From the IMG/VR virus record IMGVR_UViG_3300011215_000001: a stretch of 64,000 nucleotides of DNA. One strand, 5' to 3'. Position 1 is the stretch's first letter. Each line of letters opens with the position of its first letter. Below are positions 47,988-58,249 of the stretch, one piece after another. The translations under genes and the position numbers were made by a program. The DNA comes from an uncultured virus (IMG/VR IMGVR_UViG_3300011215_000001). Taxonomy: Duplodnaviria; Heunggongvirae; Uroviricota; Caudoviricetes. The notes beneath the pieces are model-generated. The model did not search any database. It was not told the origin of the DNA and was given only the letters and a program-made list of their open reading frames with translations.

Positions 47988-50295
47988 ACTGACAATACTC
48001 GCAATCAATTAATTCTAGTGATTTAGTTCGAGTATAATAGATTGTTTTTAATTTACTCTTCCAAGCCAACATATCTAATTCAAGCATTTCTGACAATTTC
48101 ATTTCTTGTGGTATGTATAAATTAAAACTCACTGCTTGGTCAACATGCTTTTGACGCTTTGCATTTTGTTCTATTGACCATCTTTGGTCAATTAAGAAAG
48201 CATTTTTATAGAACCAAGTTGTTTTTGCATTTAAGTCTGGAACTACTACAGGAACTTTATAATCTTTCTTTTCTTCGTAGTAGAACATATCGAATATAGG
48301 GTCAATACCTGCTGTTGTACCGTTTATCACTGAGATAGAGCCAGTTGGTGGAGGCGACTGCAAGTAACCATTTCTCAGACCAAACATTTGAATTTTTTTA
48401 TTTAATTCAATCCATTCATTTCTTGATACAAGAGAATTGTCTTCTTTTTCAAAGTAGCCTTTTCTTTTTAGATATGCCCCTGTATGCCATTCTGAACCCT
48501 CAAATAATGGATAAGGTGATTTTTCTTTGGCAAGTTCCATTGAAGCTTCCAATGCATTGAATGCAATTAATTCATGAATATCATCTACGAATTTAACAGC
48601 CTCATCACTTTCCCATCGAATTGAGTTATAGGCTAAATAGTGAGCATGTCCCATTACTCCTAGTCCTACAGCCCTCATACGCAAATTAGTGTATCTAGCT
48701 TGTTTCACCCCAACATCATTTAGGTCTACAACATTGTCTAGAGCTCTCATTTGAATCTTGATTACTCTCTTTAATAGTGCCAATGGATTTTTTTCTTTTA
48801 AAATTCTTTGTAGTGAGATTGATGATAAATTACATGTTACAAAGCTTCCAGACGCTTTAAGAGTTTTGATTATGCCAGTTTCTTCATCTAGCTCTTCACT
48901 TATAACATTAGTTGGACTCATGTTTTGAGCGATTTCTGAACATAAATTTGAAGAGAGAATAATTCCATCGTGCTTATTAGGATTTTGTCTATTTACTTCA
49001 TCAATAAACATTAAATATGGTGTACCTGTTTCTCTTCTTGCTTTAGCAATTCGTTTCCAGATATCAATTGCAGGGACTCTAGTTTTACTGATTCTTGGAT
49101 TGTCTACACATTCTTGATATTTTTCTCTGAAACTACCTTCACCATCTTTTTCATCATAGAAGTACTCAAGAGAATAACCCATTTCTGTTTTTATTTCATG
49201 TGGACACATCAAATACCAATCTTCTCTTTTTTCAACTTTTTCCATGAATAAATCTGGAATAATTGCCCCATTAAACAAGTTGTGACATCTGATAGAGTCA
49301 TCACCTGTATTTAATTTCATGTCAACAAAGTCAAAGAAATCTTTGTGCCAAACTTGAAGGTAAACTGCAATTGAACCTTTTCTTGTCCCAAGCTGATTGA
49401 CAGTTGTTGCAGTGTTGTCTAATTGTTTCAACCATCCCATAATTCCAGAGCCAACACCCTTGTATTCACGAATTGCTGAACCTTTTGCCCTAACACTACC
49501 AACAAATACGCCCAGACCTGCACCATTCTTACTTAAGTCTGCAACATCAGTATTTGAATCATAAATATTTCTTAAGCTATCATCAAGTGTATCAACAAAA
49601 CAAGATGCATATTGAGCTTTCTCAAGTCCTGCTGTTTTTAGAGTTGGGGTTGCAGGAGTAAGATAAAGTAGACTCATTACAAAGTACAGTTCTTTTACAT
49701 ACTCTAAACGCTTTTCCTTTTTCTCATTACGCATTATATCCATTGCAATAATCATCCAACGCTCTTGAGGTAGCTCGTAAAGGTTTTTATCATGGTCTTT
49801 TACTAAATATCGCTCAGACAAAAGAAGTAAGCCTAAATAGTCAAAGAACATATCTCTTTCTGGAACAATAACTGATTGAAGTTCATCAATTTCTTGTTTA
49901 GAATATGTCTTTAATAACTCTCTGTTGTAGATGCCTTTAGAGCCTAACTTTTTAAGTAAGCCATACAGATTGCCATACTTTTCTTTTGCGTCATAACCCC
50001 TGTTATAACTTGCCTCTTTATATAATTCATTTAAGAGTACATTTCTAGCAACATTTGTCCAATTAGAAGATTCTTTAGTTATTTCATCTAAAGCATTCAA
50101 TTTTAACAACTTAGAAATTTCAGTTGCTTCAACTTTTTCTTTTCTTCCAATGACTCCTATTGCTTTACTTTTGTACTTTTGTAGTGCTTCTGAATCGATA
50201 TTAGAGCCATTTGCCAGATTATCAATATACTTATTTAATCTGTCAGTAAGGAACTCCATCTTACGATTTCCGTTGTCCTTTAAAACAATCGTCAT
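47986..50295 (-). CDS. nrdA: Ribonucleotide reductase alpha subunit (class Ia-like)
   Basis: PATPT, SCF, VNQLG.RKG, SNLCSEI, CNL, PTGS, YY, C-terminal CxxC. Confidence 0.96.
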   Translation of the reverse strand: MTIVLKDNGNRKMEFLTDRLNKYIDNLANGSNIDSEALQKYKSKAIGVIGRKEKVEATEISKLLKLNALDEITKESSNWTNVARNVLLNELYKEASYNRGYDAKEKYGNLYGLLKKLGSKGIYNRELLKTYSKQEIDELQSVIVPERDMFFDYLGLLLLSERYLVKDHDKNLYELPQERWMIIAMDIMRNEKKEKRLEYVKELYFVMSLLYLTPATPTLKTAGLEKAQYASCFVDTLDDSLRNIYDSNTDVADLSKNGAGLGVFVGSVRAKGSAIREYKGVGSGIMGWLKQLDNTATTVNQLGTRKGSIAVYLQVWHKDFFDFVDMKLNTGDDSIRCHNLFNGAIIPDLFMEKVEKREDWYLMCPHEIKTEMGYSLEYFYDEKDGEGSFREKYQECVDNPRISKTRVPAIDIWKRIAKARRETGTPYLMFIDEVNRQNPNKHDGIILSSNLCSEIAQNMSPTNVISEELDEETGIIKTLKASGSFVTCNLSSISLQRILKEKNPLALLKRVIKIQMRALDNVVDLNDVGVKQARYTNLRMRAVGLGVMGHAHYLAYNSIRWESDEAVKFVDDIHELIAFNALEASMELAKEKSPYPLFEGSEWHTGAYLKRKGYFEKEDNSLVSRNEWIELNKKIQMFGLRNGYLQSPPPTGSISVINGTTAGIDPIFDMFYYEEKKDYKVPVVVPDLNAKTTWFYKNAFLIDQRWSIEQNAKRQKHVDQAVSFNLYIPQEMKLSEMLELDMLAWKSKLKTIYYTRTKSLELIDCEYCQ

Positions 50296-50315
50296 AACAT
50301 CTATTACCTCTTTCT

Positions 50316-52127
50316 TTAATTTATTTTATAATCATCAATAAAAATTTGATTTGTAACCACGTATTTTTTTAAGCCCCAGTTATAGAACTTATTAATTGAT
50401 AGAGTCCCTATAACTTCTATCTCTGTTACTAGATTGTTGTGGAAATGCTCTTCGATATCTTTCGCATAATCTTCACTGCTTCTGAATTTAAGCAGTACAA
50501 AATTGTTTTCTGCATATAGTTTTATTGTTTCTTTGTTCTTTCCTAGTACAGCACGAACATGTTCACCAAGCTTACTTGTATGCCCTTCTTCAATCACAAT
50601 ATTTTTAATTCTAAATTTAGGCTCTGGGAAGTTATGACCAGATATTCTAGAAAATTTTTCAACCTGCTTTATGTCTATATCAGTAATTTCATCTATGTAT
50701 ACTTCTGCATCATATTCAAAAACTTTTTGCATATCATCTTTTATTAAGCATTCGTTAAAATAATTAATAAAGTCTTGGATTTTCTCTTTTTTAATCCAAA
50801 TACCAAAAGCAGGTTCATGTCCTTGAGCTAAATCCACTAACCCAGATTTAGTACACAAGGATTTTAGTTTAATAGAGCCTATACCTCTTGCACTACCTCT
50901 ATATTCAGTAATGCCATCATCATTTATGTATTCAGAAAAAACAAAGCAAGGTTTATTGTATTCTTCAACTAATCCAGTAGCTATTAAACCTCTGAATCCA
51001 GAATCGATAGAGTTGTCTACAATGATTACTATATTGTCTTCATGTGATTCTTGATTATCAATAATTTCATCAATAATTTTCTTTTGTAGTGTCTTTCTAT
51101 CATCATTTAAAACGATTAGAGATTTAATTATTTCTTTTAACACATCATCATTTTCTGTGGTTAATGCCTGTAGTGCTAATTCTATTTTGTCAAATCTTGA
51201 GCTTGCTCCAAGCATTGGTGCGATTAAAAATGAAATGTCTGTTGATGTTATACCATTTGTAAAATCTGTATTAGACATTGTAAGTATCATCTTAATGCCC
51301 TTATTATGTATTTCGTTTAATCCCATATTAGCTATGTATCGATTTTCCATTACGCTCATATCCATCATATCTGCTATCATGCCAATAGTTGCCAAATCCC
51401 AATACATATCTGATTGTTCAATTCCTAAATATTCATCTAACACTTGGCACACTTTCAAGCACATTGCACTACCAGACAAGTTTTTGTTTGCGTACTCTCC
51501 AATTTGACAGTTTACTATTGTTGCATATTCGTTTGGTCTATCAGAAATATGATGGTCAATAATAATGATTTCCTTCCCTTGTTCAACTATAGTCTTACAA
51601 GCTTCTGTTGAGTTTGTTGAAGAATCTACTACAACAATTAAATCATCACTATCTTCCAGTAAATGTAGTACTGTTTCTAGACCATGACCATCTGAACGTT
51701 GAGCATGAATAAATCTAATATTTTCAGTTAATTCCTTTAAGTAGTTGAACATTATAGCTGTAGAACATACACCATCTGTATCAATGTCTGAAACTACTAC
51801 AATCCTCTTGTTTTGATGGATAGCCTTGATAATTTTTGTTACTGCAATATCTATGTTTGATAAATCATATGGATTCAATAAATACTTACTTGAGGGATTA
51901 ATCCAATCCCCTACTTTAGAAGGCTTGATGCCCCTAGAAACACATAATTTCTCAAGTATCAAACTATCTTCTTTAATCAATGCATTGCTTCTTTTAACCC
52001 ATTTAATATAAAACACCACTTTCCAAATAATCAGCCATACGAACAAGCTCACTCGCAAGTTGTCTAGCTTCTGTAGTGTTAAGAGCATACGTTCTAAACC
52101 TATATGCATCGAATATTTCAGATTCAA
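50316..52127 (-). CDS. recJ: RecJ-like DHH exonuclease (true start near 52008-52020)
   Basis: D.D.DG, VD, IDHH, LSG.AM, ADMM, GSAR, GH..AFG. Confidence 0.9.
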   Translation of the reverse strand: MNLKYSMHIGLERMLLTLQKLDNLRVSLFVWLIIWKVVFYIKWVKRSNALIKEDSLILEKLCVSRGIKPSKVGDWINPSSKYLLNPYDLSNIDIAVTKIIKAIHQNKRIVVVSDIDTDGVCSTAIMFNYLKELTENIRFIHAQRSDGHGLETVLHLLEDSDDLIVVVDSSTNSTEACKTIVEQGKEIIIIDHHISDRPNEYATIVNCQIGEYANKNLSGSAMCLKVCQVLDEYLGIEQSDMYWDLATIGMIADMMDMSVMENRYIANMGLNEIHNKGIKMILTMSNTDFTNGITSTDISFLIAPMLGASSRFDKIELALQALTTENDDVLKEIIKSLIVLNDDRKTLQKKIIDEIIDNQESHEDNIVIIVDNSIDSGFRGLIATGLVEEYNKPCFVFSEYINDDGITEYRGSARGIGSIKLKSLCTKSGLVDLAQGHEPAFGIWIKKEKIQDFINYFNECLIKDDMQKVFEYDAEVYIDEITDIDIKQVEKFSRISGHNFPEPKFRIKNIVIEEGHTSKLGEHVRAVLGKNKETIKLYAENNFVLLKFRSSEDYAKDIEEHFHNNLVTEIEVIGTLSINKFYNWGLKKYVVTNQIFIDDYKIN

Positions 52128-52314
52128 TTGAAACGCTTATAGGTCTAGACAACTTTTTTGCTTGCTCTAGATACAATCCTTTATCCATTCCAGAGTTAGA
52201 TTTCAGATTCAAAAGCACACCATCTTCGTCTTTTAAAATCACTCCAAACTCTGGAAAGTTAACCTCTACAGCATTCTCTTTCTTTTTAGCCATACGAAAC
52301 TCCTTAGAAACCAT
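52003..52314 (-). CDS. Hypothetical protein
   Basis: ORF; AAGGAG before the internal ATG (MAKKK). Confidence 0.6.
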   Translation of the reverse strand: MVSKEFRMAKKKENAVEVNFPEFGVILKDEDGVLLNLKSNSGMDKGLYLEQAKKLSRPISVSIESEIFDAYRFRTYALNTTEARQLASELVRMADYLESGVLY

Positions 52315-52984
52315 TTCTTAATAACTTAACATCAGCCTTCTGAACCCCTAGACTGTATGCTTCTGAAACACTACCAACCAATATGTCCATTTTCTTTCCT
52401 TTTATTGCCCCACCTTTATCTAAGGCTATGGCTTTAAATGTTTTCCCATTGTAACTAATTTCAAGGATAGAACCAGTTTTTATAACACTTGGGTCAGTAG
52501 CTACAATTCTATATCCTTGATAGTAAACTGTATTCTTTACATTTATCCCTGCCGAAGTAATGCCAGAGCACCCTTTACATGTTGCGGTATAATGTGAGAC
52601 TGTAAAAGTACCTAAACTTGTTTGACTTAAACTTTTAGTAGTAGATTTTGATACAGTATTAATGCTTTCTTTCATTTTCTTTTGTAACAGAGCATTTTCT
52701 TCAACATACTTTTTATTCAGCTTTTCAAGGGCATCCATTTTTTGAGAAATGTCTTTGAATTTAATATCTGATTCGATTAGATGAGAGTGTAATTCCTTTT
52801 GTAATTCATCAATCACATAAGACTGTTGTTCTATTTTGTGACTTGCTTCTGCAATATCTTCTTTACCTTTATTAATTTCAGAATATAAGTATATATTCGC
52901 ACCAATACAAGTAGCTAAGAGTGCCGAAAAGACACACCTTTTTACGATATTTCCTTTAGGCAATTTTTGTATAGTTTTTTCCAT
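52304..52984 (-). CDS. Membrane-anchored 3D-domain cell wall protein
   Basis: YTA.C.GCSGIT..G, VATDP.VI..GS, A.DKGGAIKG.K.DI. Confidence 0.9.
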   Translation of the reverse strand: MEKTIQKLPKGNIVKRCVFSALLATCIGANIYLYSEINKGKEDIAEASHKIEQQSYVIDELQKELHSHLIESDIKFKDISQKMDALEKLNKKYVEENALLQKKMKESINTVSKSTTKSLSQTSLGTFTVSHYTATCKGCSGITSAGINVKNTVYYQGYRIVATDPSVIKTGSILEISYNGKTFKAIALDKGGAIKGKKMDILVGSVSEAYSLGVQKADVKLLRNGF

Positions 52985-54027
52985 ATTTCTTCTCCTTTGT
53001 CAACAGGGCTATCGTCTTCTGCTAATAATCCTAGTCTATCTATGATAAAGAAACATTTTCTTGTTTTTATTTGTTGCGATTGTTTCTCGATATGTTTAAC
53101 TTCAATCCCTTTATCAAAGGCAAAAATGATGGTTGCTTCTAATTTTTTTAACATATTCGCTTGAATTGGCGATAAATCTGAGCCACATATGGCAACTGTG
53201 TTCTTGAAGCCATATTGATATGCTTTCATACAGCTCTTTTCAGATTCAAATACAATTACCTCTCCCTGTTCTTGTATATATTTAAAAGCTCTGTGGTAAT
53301 TGTACAATTCAATAGACTTATCGAAGTTATGTAAATAAAGATACTTTACATCTTCTTCAATCTGTTTATCATTACCTACATATCTTCCTTTGATTGATAT
53401 TAGTTCTCCATTTTCATTATGAACTGGAAAAACTACTCTTTCAGATTCCATATCAAACATGACACCAAATTCTACTTGAGTGCTTAGTTTAATGCCATCT
53501 TCAAGGAAATTTTTATGAGGTAATTCAATAAATCTCTTAAAAGCAGTTTCTTCATTTAGTACACGATTTTTTTTATTCAATCCATATTGATTCTTGGATT
53601 TTCTTCTCTTTCTTTTCTTTTGAATGTCTCTTAAAAAAGGGAGTCTGTCTTTAACTTCAACGATTTCATCAAAGTCATCTTGTATCACTAAATATTCATC
53701 CCAATTAAATAAGTTACATACCCATGCTTTTACTTGGTGTATACACTCCCTAAGTTCATCAAAACTCATTACTTCATAAAGGATGTATCCAACAACACTA
53801 TATAAGTCTCCACTAATACCTTTGTTTCGAATTCTTGCAGGTAGACTTTCGCTTACATATACTTGAACAGCTCTATTGTTTTTTGAGCCAAATTCAACAG
53901 GTAAGCCACATTCAAATCTATTCCCAACAAGTTTGACATGTTGACAACCAAGTTCTAATAGAATCTCTTCAATCTTATCTTCATCGTAAATCCTTTTTTT
54001 GATATCAGATAAATCATTACTTCTCAT
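52942..54027 (-). CDS. dnaG: DNA primase (TOPRIM)
   Basis: VFP....G.LI..KGR, KY, LYN, FESEKS, FAFD, D.P.D; next to the helicase. Confidence 0.85.
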   Translation of the reverse strand: MRSNDLSDIKKRIYDEDKIEEILLELGCQHVKLVGNRFECGLPVEFGSKNNRAVQVYVSESLPARIRNKGISGDLYSVVGYILYEVMSFDELRECIHQVKAWVCNLFNWDEYLVIQDDFDEIVEVKDRLPFLRDIQKKRKRRKSKNQYGLNKKNRVLNEETAFKRFIELPHKNFLEDGIKLSTQVEFGVMFDMESERVVFPVHNENGELISIKGRYVGNDKQIEEDVKYLYLHNFDKSIELYNYHRAFKYIQEQGEVIVFESEKSCMKAYQYGFKNTVAICGSDLSPIQANMLKKLEATIIFAFDKGIEVKHIEKQSQQIKTRKCFFIIDRLGLLAEDDSPVDKGEEIWKKLYKNCLKEIS

Positions 54028-54049
54028 TCAAATACCTCTTTTAACACAT

Positions 54050-54065
54050 TACTTTATTTAGTATT
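54050..54065 (-). promoter_or_regulatory. Element A, exact
   Basis: Overlaps the helicase stop, upstream of the primase RBS. Confidence 0.8.
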
Positions 54066-55634
54066 TGTTGAAATCGTCCCTGTAGACATTATCTGTCCAT
54101 CCTATTTCTTTCCATCTGTTGGAATTAAAATCAACTTCATAAACTAAACAGTCTAGCCCAGTTAAATTAGATTGTCCTCTACGATTTTTACTAGTGAACA
54201 ATAGATAATATACTCTTCCCTTTTTCAGAGTTTTAACTGTTTTAATTAATTTTGTCCCATCGTCACCACTGAATGCTTCAATATTATCATCAGAAACACC
54301 ATCTTGATTAAAGTCATCCTCTGTTACTGGTATCCAATTGTAAACCTTTAATTCTTTTTCTCCACCAGATAATTCATGATTGAAGACAGGTCTAAGATGC
54401 CAAACTAAATCTGCTACGTTTTTGATTTTTTTACCATCAGCAAGACATTGCTCGTTGAGCCAGTGATTCCCTACATATGTATCTGCTTGTTGTACAGTTG
54501 TAAACATTGAAAGCCCTAGCCCACCGTCTTTTCTTGCAAGCTTGTAAAGTCTTTCAAAGTCATCTACAAATTGAGCCCATCGTTCTCTAGAGCCCCCCTC
54601 AGAAGGTTTAGCAGTATCGATAATTACACGCTTATAGCCCTGCCTAGCATATTTGCGAACTGTCTTTTCTACATTTTCCATTGTGTAATCTTGTAATGGT
54701 ACAAGTTTAATTAATGATTTATCTCCAGAATCATCAACCCATTTTACAGCCATTTTGATTTTCTCTAATTCATCTGCTGTAAAATTACCTTTGTTCATAC
54801 TTTTTCTTGTGAATCTAGCTTTATCAAATTGTTCCTTGAATTTTTGGTATAACTCTGTACCCATGACTGTGATTAAAAGAATTTTTCTATACTGTGCTAA
54901 ATCCATTTCATTAGCAATAATAAGTAGTTTTTCTTTTTCAAGGATACATCCCATTACAATAGAATGCATAACCCAACTTGTTTTACCATTACCAGAGAAA
55001 GCACCAATTATCGATAATGTACCATAAGCCCATCCATTAATAATGTCTGTTAACTTTTTACCTCTGTAGAATGGCATTCCTAAATCTGGGTTTTCATTTA
55101 GTTCATCAATAAACTTATCCAAATCAGCTAAAACATTATAAGCTACAATAGGTGAATCATTATGTGCAACATCAATGTTTAACAATTTTTGATTCCAGTA
55201 CAACGCAATTTGATTTCGATTAAGTTTTTTATAATCATATTTGTCTGTCTTCTCAAGAACTTTTGAGCCGAAAAGNNNNNNNNNNCGTATTTTTTGGATT
55301 CGTCATAGTAACTTTCAAAGTTTTCTGCCATGCCACTTGCTTCACTCATCAATTCTTCTATGACAGAATATCCACCAAATTCTTCAAACTTGGAATCTAG
55401 CTTTAATTCTTTTACTGCTGTATGTACTGCAACATCATCAAATACAGATAATTTCTTATCCATATACATATGTCTTCCAAGCCCTAAGAAAAATCCCCAA
55501 ATCTTATTACCAAGCGATTTTGCGCTTAGTTTTTCTTCATTATATAAATCATATAACTCTGGGTTACTCCAAAGAATTCCCACTAACAAAGCTTCTTTAT
55601 TATATGATTCTGCATTGAGTTGCTTAATACTCAT
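54058..55634 (-). CDS. dnaB: DnaB-like replicative helicase (one gene split by the N-gap at 55276-55285)
   Basis: GAFSGNGKTS, ANEM, IIDT, TVQ, K.IK.VAD, KNR.G. Confidence 0.88.
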
Positions 55635-55647
55635 TTAAAACACCCCT

Positions 55648-56283
55648 CTAATCATCATCATCTAATAAAAAGCTAATATCATCATCATGATGTTTTTTCT
55701 TATAAACTACTTCCCTGCTGTCTTCTATAAATGAAGTAACTCTATCTTCATTTTTAGCTTTTGAAATTTCATTTTGCATCTTCTTACTTTGTAATGCTTT
55801 CTCTGCATCAGTGAGCTTACTAGCCATTACAAACAGTCCATAATTCAACTCAGCCATTAAAGTCTTGAAATTTTTCCTTTTCCTAGCTTGGTAAATAGCA
55901 TTCCTAGATAGCCTGTATGCTTCTTCAATTATTCTGTAAGAAACACCCTTCTTATATCTTATTTTCAGCTTTCTACGAAATCTCTCTGTACCATTTCTTA
56001 CATCTTGTATTAAGCTCCAAAATTGCGGTGGAAGTTGGTCATGAGCCCCTAACTCGTATATTACTTTTAGGTACTCATTCAATGAATCTCTTTCTTCATC
56101 TTCTTTTCGTAAAAATTCATTTTTCTTCTTTTGCAACTCTAGGCATTCATGATGGTAATACTCTTTTTTTATCTTCCCAGTATTTTCAGAGATTTTTTCA
56201 ACCACAGCTAGCTCATGCTTAAGTTTGGTTGGATGTGTTTTATTTTTGCATTTATCATATTTGCAAACTACATAACCTGCCAT
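55648..56283 (-). CDS. Helicase-adjacent protein (YorH-like position, possible loader)
   Basis: C..C..YYH.EC N-terminus, DIS.LLD C-terminus, synteny. Confidence 0.5.
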   Translation of the reverse strand: MAGYVVCKYDKCKNKTHPTKLKHELAVVEKISENTGKIKKEYYHHECLELQKKKNEFLRKEDEERDSLNEYLKVIYELGAHDQLPPQFWSLIQDVRNGTERFRRKLKIRYKKGVSYRIIEEAYRLSRNAIYQARKRKNFKTLMAELNYGLFVMASKLTDAEKALQSKKMQNEISKAKNEDRVTSFIEDSREVVYKKKHHDDDISFLLDDDD

Positions 56284-56293
56284 TTGATTTCTC

Positions 56294-56808
56294 CTAACTA
56301 ATTGTGTTTAAGATAAATGAAGCTGTCTTATGTATATCTTGTGTTCCATCTATGACAAAATCTGTTTCAAGATTTATAAAATCCTGTCTATCTGCCTTGA
56401 TTCTTCTTTCTATTTCCTGCTAGAGTCGCCTCTTTTTAAGAGCCTTTCTCTTCTGCAATTTTCATTTACATAAAAATAAAAAGATACCAATTTATGTTTT
56501 TTGTCTTCTTTTAGTTTTTTGTATCCTTTTGGTGTAGTCACTAAAATATAGTTAACACCTTTGTCAACCTCTGATAATGACAAACCATACATCCAACCAC
56601 CATATATTGATTCCTCAACAAAACAGCCTTCATTCGACATTTCTGTAAATTTCTTTTCAGAAATGAAATGATAATCTACACCATCTATCTCATTTTCTCT
56701 CTGCTCTCTTGTTGTATATAAGGTAATTTTTTTCAATCCTTGATTGGTGAGAATTTTTTCGACTGTACTTTTGCCAGAGCCACTATGCCCTATTATGCAA
56801 GCAATCAA
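56294..56808 (-). pseudogene. gmk: Guanylate kinase-like gene with a frameshift near 56421
   Basis: G.SGSGKST, TTR..RENE.DGVDYHFIS, YG; C-terminus QEIERRI.AD..DF lies in another frame. Confidence 0.75.
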
Positions 56809-56853
56809 AAGAACACCACCTATTTACTTAAGTACTTTATTAATCATTCGTTG

Positions 56854-57114
56854 TTACCATTCTTTTTTTACGCTAGGTGTGAAATCATCACTAGAAATTT
56901 TATCCATTTCTTTTTCTTCTCCACTAGCAACAATGCGTCCATGCTCACTATTGAGCACATTCACAAACATCTTTGCAATTATTTCTTCCATGAACATACC
57001 GACCTCTTTTTTTATGTCATTAGAGACATCATAAAAATAAGCCTTGTACTTATATTCATCTTTAGAGCCTTGAATTTCCTTGTAAAAGTAAACATTCATC
57101 TTTTCCCAAAGCAC
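56854..57114 (-). CDS. Hypothetical protein
   Basis: 86-aa ORF. Confidence 0.45.
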   Translation of the reverse strand: MLWEKMNVYFYKEIQGSKDEYKYKAYFYDVSNDIKKEVGMFMEEIIAKMFVNVLNSEHGRIVASGEEKEMDKISSDDFTPSVKKEW

Positions 57115-57129
57115 CTTTCTAAAATTGAT

Positions 57130-57174
57130 TAGAGAGCCTGTTAAGGGCTTCTAAAGCTACATAACAGGCTCTCT
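57130..57174 (-). terminator. Hairpin after the AAA ATPase gene
   Basis: TAGAGAGCCTGTTA / TAACAGGCTCTCTA. Confidence 0.6.
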
Positions 57175-57180
57175 ATAACA

Positions 57181-58215
57181 TCAACCCAAAATTTCTTTAG
57201 TAATTTCTAATGCTCTCACTAAATTTTCTTCTGGATATTTTTTGTAATTCACACTTTTGAATTCAGCTTTTAATTGCTTCTTCAATTCGTCTTGTTGCTC
57301 TTTAGTCATCTTAGAAACATTTTCTGAGATTTCATCAACAATTTGTGTAGAACCTAGCTTTTCAGATTTCTCTTTTGCTTCTGACTCAATTTTCTCCATC
57401 TTTTCTCGATGTTGTCTTTCACTGATTTCTTCAAAGGATTCTTCAATACCATGCTCTTTAAGCACCTTCATGATACTTTGCTTAAATGCTTCTTGATATT
57501 TTTCCATTGCTTCATCTTCTGTATCAAAATCAATATCTTCTTCAAGATATACTCGACTGCCAGATGCACTCATATCAGAACTCTTAGTAACAAGAACTCG
57601 TTTTGCCTCTTCGCCAATCACTCTTCTTTCACCATACATGATGAAATCAACTAATGGCATAATGATTTGTTCTAATCTGTCAGGCATAGTAGAACTGTAT
57701 ACATCGTATGGTTCTGCATTTTTCGGCTTGATAGTCTTAACCTTAGAGTGAACTAAGAATAATGTCGAAAATCCTAAAGCATGAAGGCGACTTATTTCTT
57801 TATTAAAGAACTTGTCTCTTGCAGGATAGAAACCACCATGAGGGACTTCGGAAGGCTTTTTATAAGTTTTATTATCAGCCCTACCTAGTTGTCGCAATGT
57901 ATATGGTTCACACATATCATAAGCCTTTGTAATAGTATCGAAAACAATTGTTTGAATATCATCACCAATATCCAAACGATTTTCTTCTAATTTATTCACA
58001 AACGAAATGAAATCATTCCAAGAACTCATTTTCTTAACAACGTTTGCTACTTGTCTCTTAGTTCCATCTTCAAATGGTACAATAATAGATTTAGGGAATT
58101 TAGATGCAGTAGTAGTTTTACCAAATTTAGGTTCAGCAATAAAGATACCACTGTAATCTGTAAAATTCACCTTTGGGATATTTTTTTCAACCCCAAGAAT
58201 AGATAAATCAAACAT
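57181..58215 (-). CDS. AAA_24 / Sak4-like ATPase (YorG-like)
   Basis: PKFGKTT, FEDG, TIVFDT, FLVH, VDFI.Y. Confidence 0.8.
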   Translation of the reverse strand: MFDLSILGVEKNIPKVNFTDYSGIFIAEPKFGKTTTASKFPKSIIVPFEDGTKRQVANVVKKMSSWNDFISFVNKLEENRLDIGDDIQTIVFDTITKAYDMCEPYTLRQLGRADNKTYKKPSEVPHGGFYPARDKFFNKEISRLHALGFSTLFLVHSKVKTIKPKNAEPYDVYSSTMPDRLEQIIMPLVDFIMYGERRVIGEEAKRVLVTKSSDMSASGSRVYLEEDIDFDTEDEAMEKYQEAFKQSIMKVLKEHGIEESFEEISERQHREKMEKIESEAKEKSEKLGSTQIVDEISENVSKMTKEQQDELKKQLKAEFKSVNYKKYPEENLVRALEITKEILG

Positions 58216-58249
58216 ATTAACATTTCCTCCAGTGTACTTTATTCAGCTT

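Noticed and set aside
46884..50295. Group I introns or an intein in the nrd genes, as in SPbeta
   Set aside because: Both ORFs are continuous and of normal length; dnaE also shows no intein-sized insertion
54058..55634. Split helicase or programmed frameshift
   Set aside because: The break coincides with the 10-N gap at 55276-55285
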